Shown: positions 61,436-64,000 of the stretch, one piece after another
How positions within the stretch are numbered: the first letter of the stretch is position 1
Layout of the letters: the number at the start of each line of letters is the position of its first letter
Source: Raja brachyura
Taxonomy: Eukaryota
Direction: 5' to 3'
Assembly: GCA_963514005.1 (NCBI GenBank)
Contig: OY740821.1
Location: 15,438,001 to 15,502,000, forward strand
Length of the DNA stretch: 64,000 bases
Position numbers and translations under genes: made by a program
The notes under the pieces: model-generated
What the model was told of the DNA's origin: nothing
The model's database searches: none
The model's input: the letters and a program-made list of their open reading frames with translations, nothing else

Positions 61436-62086
61436 ATCTCCTTCGCTCCTTAGATGCTGCTGCACCCGCTGAGTTTCTCCAGCTTTTTGTGTAACCCCCA
61501 GAGATCAAGGCGAGTCTGGGTTAAAACGTGGCCCGTTGAGCGGAAGACCAGGAGGAATCACAGAGGGGGGGGGCAGCAAGAGAGGCTGGTGCTGAACTCT
61601 CGGCGGAGAGGAGAACTTCTTCAAAGTAGACATACCTTGAGATTTCACAGTGGAGCAGATGATTTTTGTGGAGTGTAAAGAAGAACATGAATAAAAGCAG
61701 AAAAGGAAAAAACTAGCCATTGGAACAGTTGAGATGCAGAATTCAACAACCGCTATAAATTAGGAACAAAGGAGGATATTGGAAATACTCAATGAAATGG
61801 ATGTCATCTGCAGCGAGAGAAACTGGAGTTAATGGAAGGACTTGCATGACAACTGGCCACTCTAACGCAAATAGGAAAGGCCGACTATTTGAAACAGTTT
61901 CATTCAGTTTCAAATCCAGAGGGCTACGATATGTCAAGATGGAAGAAGAGGTGCTGTTGCTTGTGCTTACTTTGGAACAGTGTAGGAGGTTGAAGATAAA
62001 AGTCAGAGCGGACAGTCAACTGGAAACTCACGGCCACTTACAGTCCGAATGGGGATGAGCCACAAAACTGTCAACCAAGCTAGCCC

Positions 62087-62657
62087 TAGTGAGACCACAC
62101 CGTCTCACACCGTATTGTGTGCAGTTTTGGTCCCCTAATTTGAGGAAGGACATTCTTGCTATTGAGGGAGTGCAGCGTAGGTTTACAAGGTTAATTCCCG
62201 GGAAGGCGGGACTGTCATATGCTGAGAGAATGGAGCAGCTGGGCTTGTACACTCTGGAGTTTAGAAGGATGAGAGGGGATCTTATTGAAACATATAAGAT
62301 TGTTAAGGGCTTGGACACACTAGAGGCAGGAAACATGTTCCCGATGTTGGGGGAGTCCAGAACCAGGGGCCAGTGTTTAAGAGAGTAAGGAGTAAGCCAT
62401 TTAGAACGGAGACGAGGAAACACCTTTTCTCGCAGAGAGTGGTGAGTCTGTGGAATTCTCTGCCTCAGAGGGCAGTGGAGGCAGGTTCTCTGGATGCTTT
62501 CAAGAGAGTTAGAGCTCTTAAAAATAGCAGAGTCAGGGGATATGGGGAGAAGGGAGGAACGAGGTACTGATTTGGGATGATCAGCCATGATCATATTGAA
62601 TGCTGGTGCTGGTTCGAAGGGCCAAATGGCCTACTCATGCACCTATTGTCTATTGTT
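62087..62657 (+). mobile_element. CR1/HER1-like LINE 3' fragment
   Basis: [30 protein letters not shown]; frameshifted. Confidence 0.88.
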
Positions 62658-63187
62658 TAAGCTGCATTTGATTTCTCCAACGTAAAAGACAATCACATTA
62701 TACACGCCAAACAATATACACCAAAATGGAAGAACTGCAAGTGAATCCCCGCGTCATCTGGGAGAACTATTTTGGACCCTAGCTGTTGCAAAGGGAATTG
62801 TATAGGGGAAAAATGCAGTGAAATGGGGAATGGTTGTGGACATGGGAAAAAATTGAACCAGGATGTCATATCCTTCAAAGTCTGAAAGGCAAGGAAAGAT
62901 AGTTCTGGTGGTGGAACCTTGTTAAATGACTGAGGGCAATTCATTAAACATAGAGGCCGGTGAGATTGAAGGCAAAAGTAACCTCATCACTTCTCTGGTT
63001 GAGATGATATAGTATAATAAGATCCATATAGTTAAGATAGTCCAAGCCTTGGTTAAGGGAAAGGAAATCTGAGAGCACTGGTATGGAAAGTCTCGTCAAA
63101 GCAGATTCAGAGACACTCAGTAAATGGAATGAGATTCTTGCAGGGAGAAAGATGGAAGAAGGTGGTTAAGATAGCTGTCGGACCTTA

Positions 63188-63382
63188 TGTTTAAGAAAGA
63201 CCCACAGATGCTGGAAAAATTGAAGGTAGACAAAAAATGCTGGAGAAACTCAGTGGGTGAGGCGGCATCTATGGAGCTAAGGAAATAGGCAACGTTTCGG
63301 GTCGAGACACTTGCAGGGTCTCGACCCGAAACGTCGCCTATTCCTTCGCTCCATAGATGCCGCCTCACCCGCCGAGTTCCTC
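63188..63382. mobile_element. Penelope-terminus fold-back element
   Basis: gtttcgggtcgagac..gggtctcgacccgaaacgtc inverted halves. Confidence 0.7.
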
Positions 63383-64000
63383 CTGTAGGACTTTATGGTC
63401 ATTTACCTACTCCGAGATGAAGATGGGGAAGATTCAGATGTGGACCATGTTAAAGTGAGAGCATTAAACGTGGTGAACTTTTCATCTGTGCAGTTGTAAT
63501 AAATGGTGCCAATACAGTTATCAAGAGGCTGAAGTAGAACTGAAGCAGGGACTGTACAGGAAGGAGTTGCAGATGCTGGTTTAAACCACAGATAGACACA
63601 AAAAGCAGAGACTGTTCCACATAACTTACAGCTGTAGCTTGGGAAAGTTCACAGTTATACCTTGGATATGGACCAAGCCAGTTAAAAACATTATTCAATG
63701 CCAGTACAAGCTCGGTATTTTCTGTTCTTATTTCAGATTTCTTTTTTTTTTGCATTTCAGTTGTCTCCATTGTTGCAAAACCTTTATTTCAAGTACATTT
63801 CATAAATTATCAGGAGAGTTTGGACTCTAACATTGAGTTCTATCTTTTGAATAATATTTTAACATTGCAAAATGTGATTTGAACTCAATTGTATCATTTT
63901 AGTTTAGTTCCAGCGTAAACGCCGACTCTTTGCTTGTTGCACGACAAGTTGTGTTTGCAGCCACACACCAAAGCAAATTCTCTGGGGCGAATAGTTCTTG

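Noticed and set aside
61770-63120. Possible decayed Penelope body on the minus strand around the LINE
   Set aside because: Only faint similarity (QQHLFFHL near 61950); too degenerate to delimit.

Overview
Eukaryotic genomic DNA, most likely a cartilaginous fish (skate/ray-type repeats: HER1/CR1-like LINEs with (CATAGAAA)n tails, HE1/V-SINE-like tRNA SINEs, Penelope-like elements). It holds two convergent multi-exon genes, reconstructed by hand with all exon phases consistent. The first is a class I myosin on + (28 coding exons, 3018-32982, about 1074 aa; MYO1A/MYO1B clade, probably MYO1A by synteny). The second is TIMELESS on - (29 coding exons, 57731-33893, about 1250 aa; two clear GC-AG introns). 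A CpG-island promoter with E2F sites lies at about 59180-59880 and a tRNA-Ser(CGA) gene at 60147-60228. The most striking extra signal is a dispersed Penelope-derived repeat family carrying a minimal type I hammerhead ribozyme core (CTGAAGA-A-GGGTCTCGACCC-GAAAC-GTC). One copy sits directly behind a GIY-YIG endonuclease remnant; others form fold-back palindromes and tandem arrays. Other points: a 1 kb G-quadruplex minisatellite in an intron splitting TIMELESS's DNA-binding domain, interleaved poly(A) signals of the two genes, and an 87-nt extra IQ exon in the myosin. Most entries in the ORF track are spurious. Family and synteny statements are recalled, not database-checked.
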